Below, piece by piece: positions 62,811 through 64,000 of a stretch of DNA of 64,000 bases. The translations under genes were made by a program, and so were the position numbers. Each line of letters begins with the position of its first letter. Within the stretch, counting starts at the first letter, position 1. The notes beneath the pieces were generated by a model that saw nothing but the letters and a program-made list of their open reading frames with translations, did no database searches and had not been told where the DNA came from. Source of the DNA: Eledone cirrhosa (taxonomy: Eukaryota); assembly GCA_964016885.1 (NCBI GenBank), contig OZ024750.1, positions 49,972,001 to 50,036,000 of the forward strand, written 5' to 3'.

Positions 62811-62814
62811 CGTG
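62753..62814. repeat. (TG/CG)n microsatellite
   Basis: Direct reading. Confidence 0.9.
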
Positions 62815-62912
62815 TAGATGATTTGGGAGTAGTAGCAATATCGTTAATGTAGTTTTTAAACTTACGTTGTAACGGATCTTGACGGAACGGTGTGCATAAG
62901 AGTATGTTTGTT

Positions 62913-62922
<10 letters not shown>

Positions 62923-62995
<73 letters not shown>

Positions 62996-63022
62996 GGGAG
63001 AGTGAGACAGAGAAAGAGAGAG
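62923..63022. repeat. (GA)n microsatellite
   Basis: Direct reading. Confidence 0.92.
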
Positions 63023-63409
63023 ACTGCGAGTGAGAGAAGTATAAACAGAGAAATACTGGTGATAGAAGCAACGCCAAATATTTATTTATATATAACATTT
63101 AATAAACCATATTGAGTTGTAATACTTGGCGGTTGCTTATAATAAAGCCATGTAATCTCTAAAGTGTTAGCTAGTCATTAGGGCAGTTTCATATATAGTG
63201 TAATAACACATTTCCAACTGTGTCATCCTTAAATGAAATTTTGTATTACAACAAAGTTTGGTGTCCATTGTAAGCATGAGGAGATCGTGTTCTATTGTTT
63301 TGAAATTATGAAGTATTCATATGTAAATAACTTTAAGTATGTAAGAACACGTAACTCCTGGTAAAGTAGTAGGGGTGAGAGAGGGAAGGGGGAGTGAGAA
63401 TGCGATATA

Positions 63410-63570
63410 GAGGGAAGTCGACCCAAGTACTGAAATGGCGCATGTTTACTGATCTAAAAAGTATGAAAATCAAAGTTGATCTTGGTTGGATCTGATATCA
63501 GAGCGGAGGCAGCTGGAACAAGTATCACAACACACTATATACTCGACTTACTATTTGCTGTGCCAGTTTG
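63410..63570 (-). mobile_element. Old, diverged Meta-type SINE
   Basis: GTATGAAAATCAAAGTTGATCTTGGTTGGATCTGA resembles GGATGAAAGGCAAAGTTGACCTCGGCGGGATTTGA. Confidence 0.45.
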
Positions 63571-64000
63571 CTGCTTAATTTAAAAGTAAAAGAATTAATC
63601 AAAGTGACGGTGATTCTTTTAGCCGTTGTAACGTTGTCCGTGTGATGGTAATTTCGTGGGTTTGCTTCTATTACTGGTAGCAGCAGGTTTTCAAACCTAT
63701 GACGGACTAGAATTTGGTTCAGGTGCAGGTTTTGTATTCTCAGTTGTTTGGCGTCAATGTTACTTGGATAAGATCCGGCAAATGAGCTTCTCTTCTTAAG
63801 GCACGTTAATATGTAACTTAACTAAGTATTAATTATTCTTCTAATTGTTGTAGTCAAGGTTCTCACGCAATGATTATCGATAAAGTCTGTAGTTGAGATT
63901 GCTATTATTTACGATATTACCACAGTTTTATATTTTTTCTAGAATGTCAAATAAATTACGCATTATAAAACATATAAAACAATGATATAGCTTTAGGAGA

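Overview
AT-rich animal genomic DNA. The SINE types, repeat landscape and dense (TA)n tracts suggest a mollusc, probably an octopus-like cephalopod (inference). I see no supportable intact host gene; the window is almost all decayed mobile DNA. It holds a Tx1/L1-like LINE, two R4/Dong-like LINEs, RTE LINEs, four Rep/Pif1-coding Helitron relics plus non-autonomous ones, about 13 tRNA-derived Meta-type SINEs, CORE-type SINEs and several Penelope-like elements (PLEs; RT plus GIY-YIG, Naiad-type). The main signal is non-coding. Between 17.9 and 50.9 kb at least ten unrelated short fold-back elements sit in (TA)n tracts, most carrying outward-pointing type I hammerhead ribozyme motifs (about 15 recognisable, some with variant cores). 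In ten arm junctions the shorter inverted arm stops 4-7 nt before an ACTC (once GCTC) motif seen on the longer arm. One element (29015-29950) reads as two circularly permuted copies of a ~590-nt unit. A possible host Pol II promoter lies near 60.7 kb. All coordinates and folds were read by eye.
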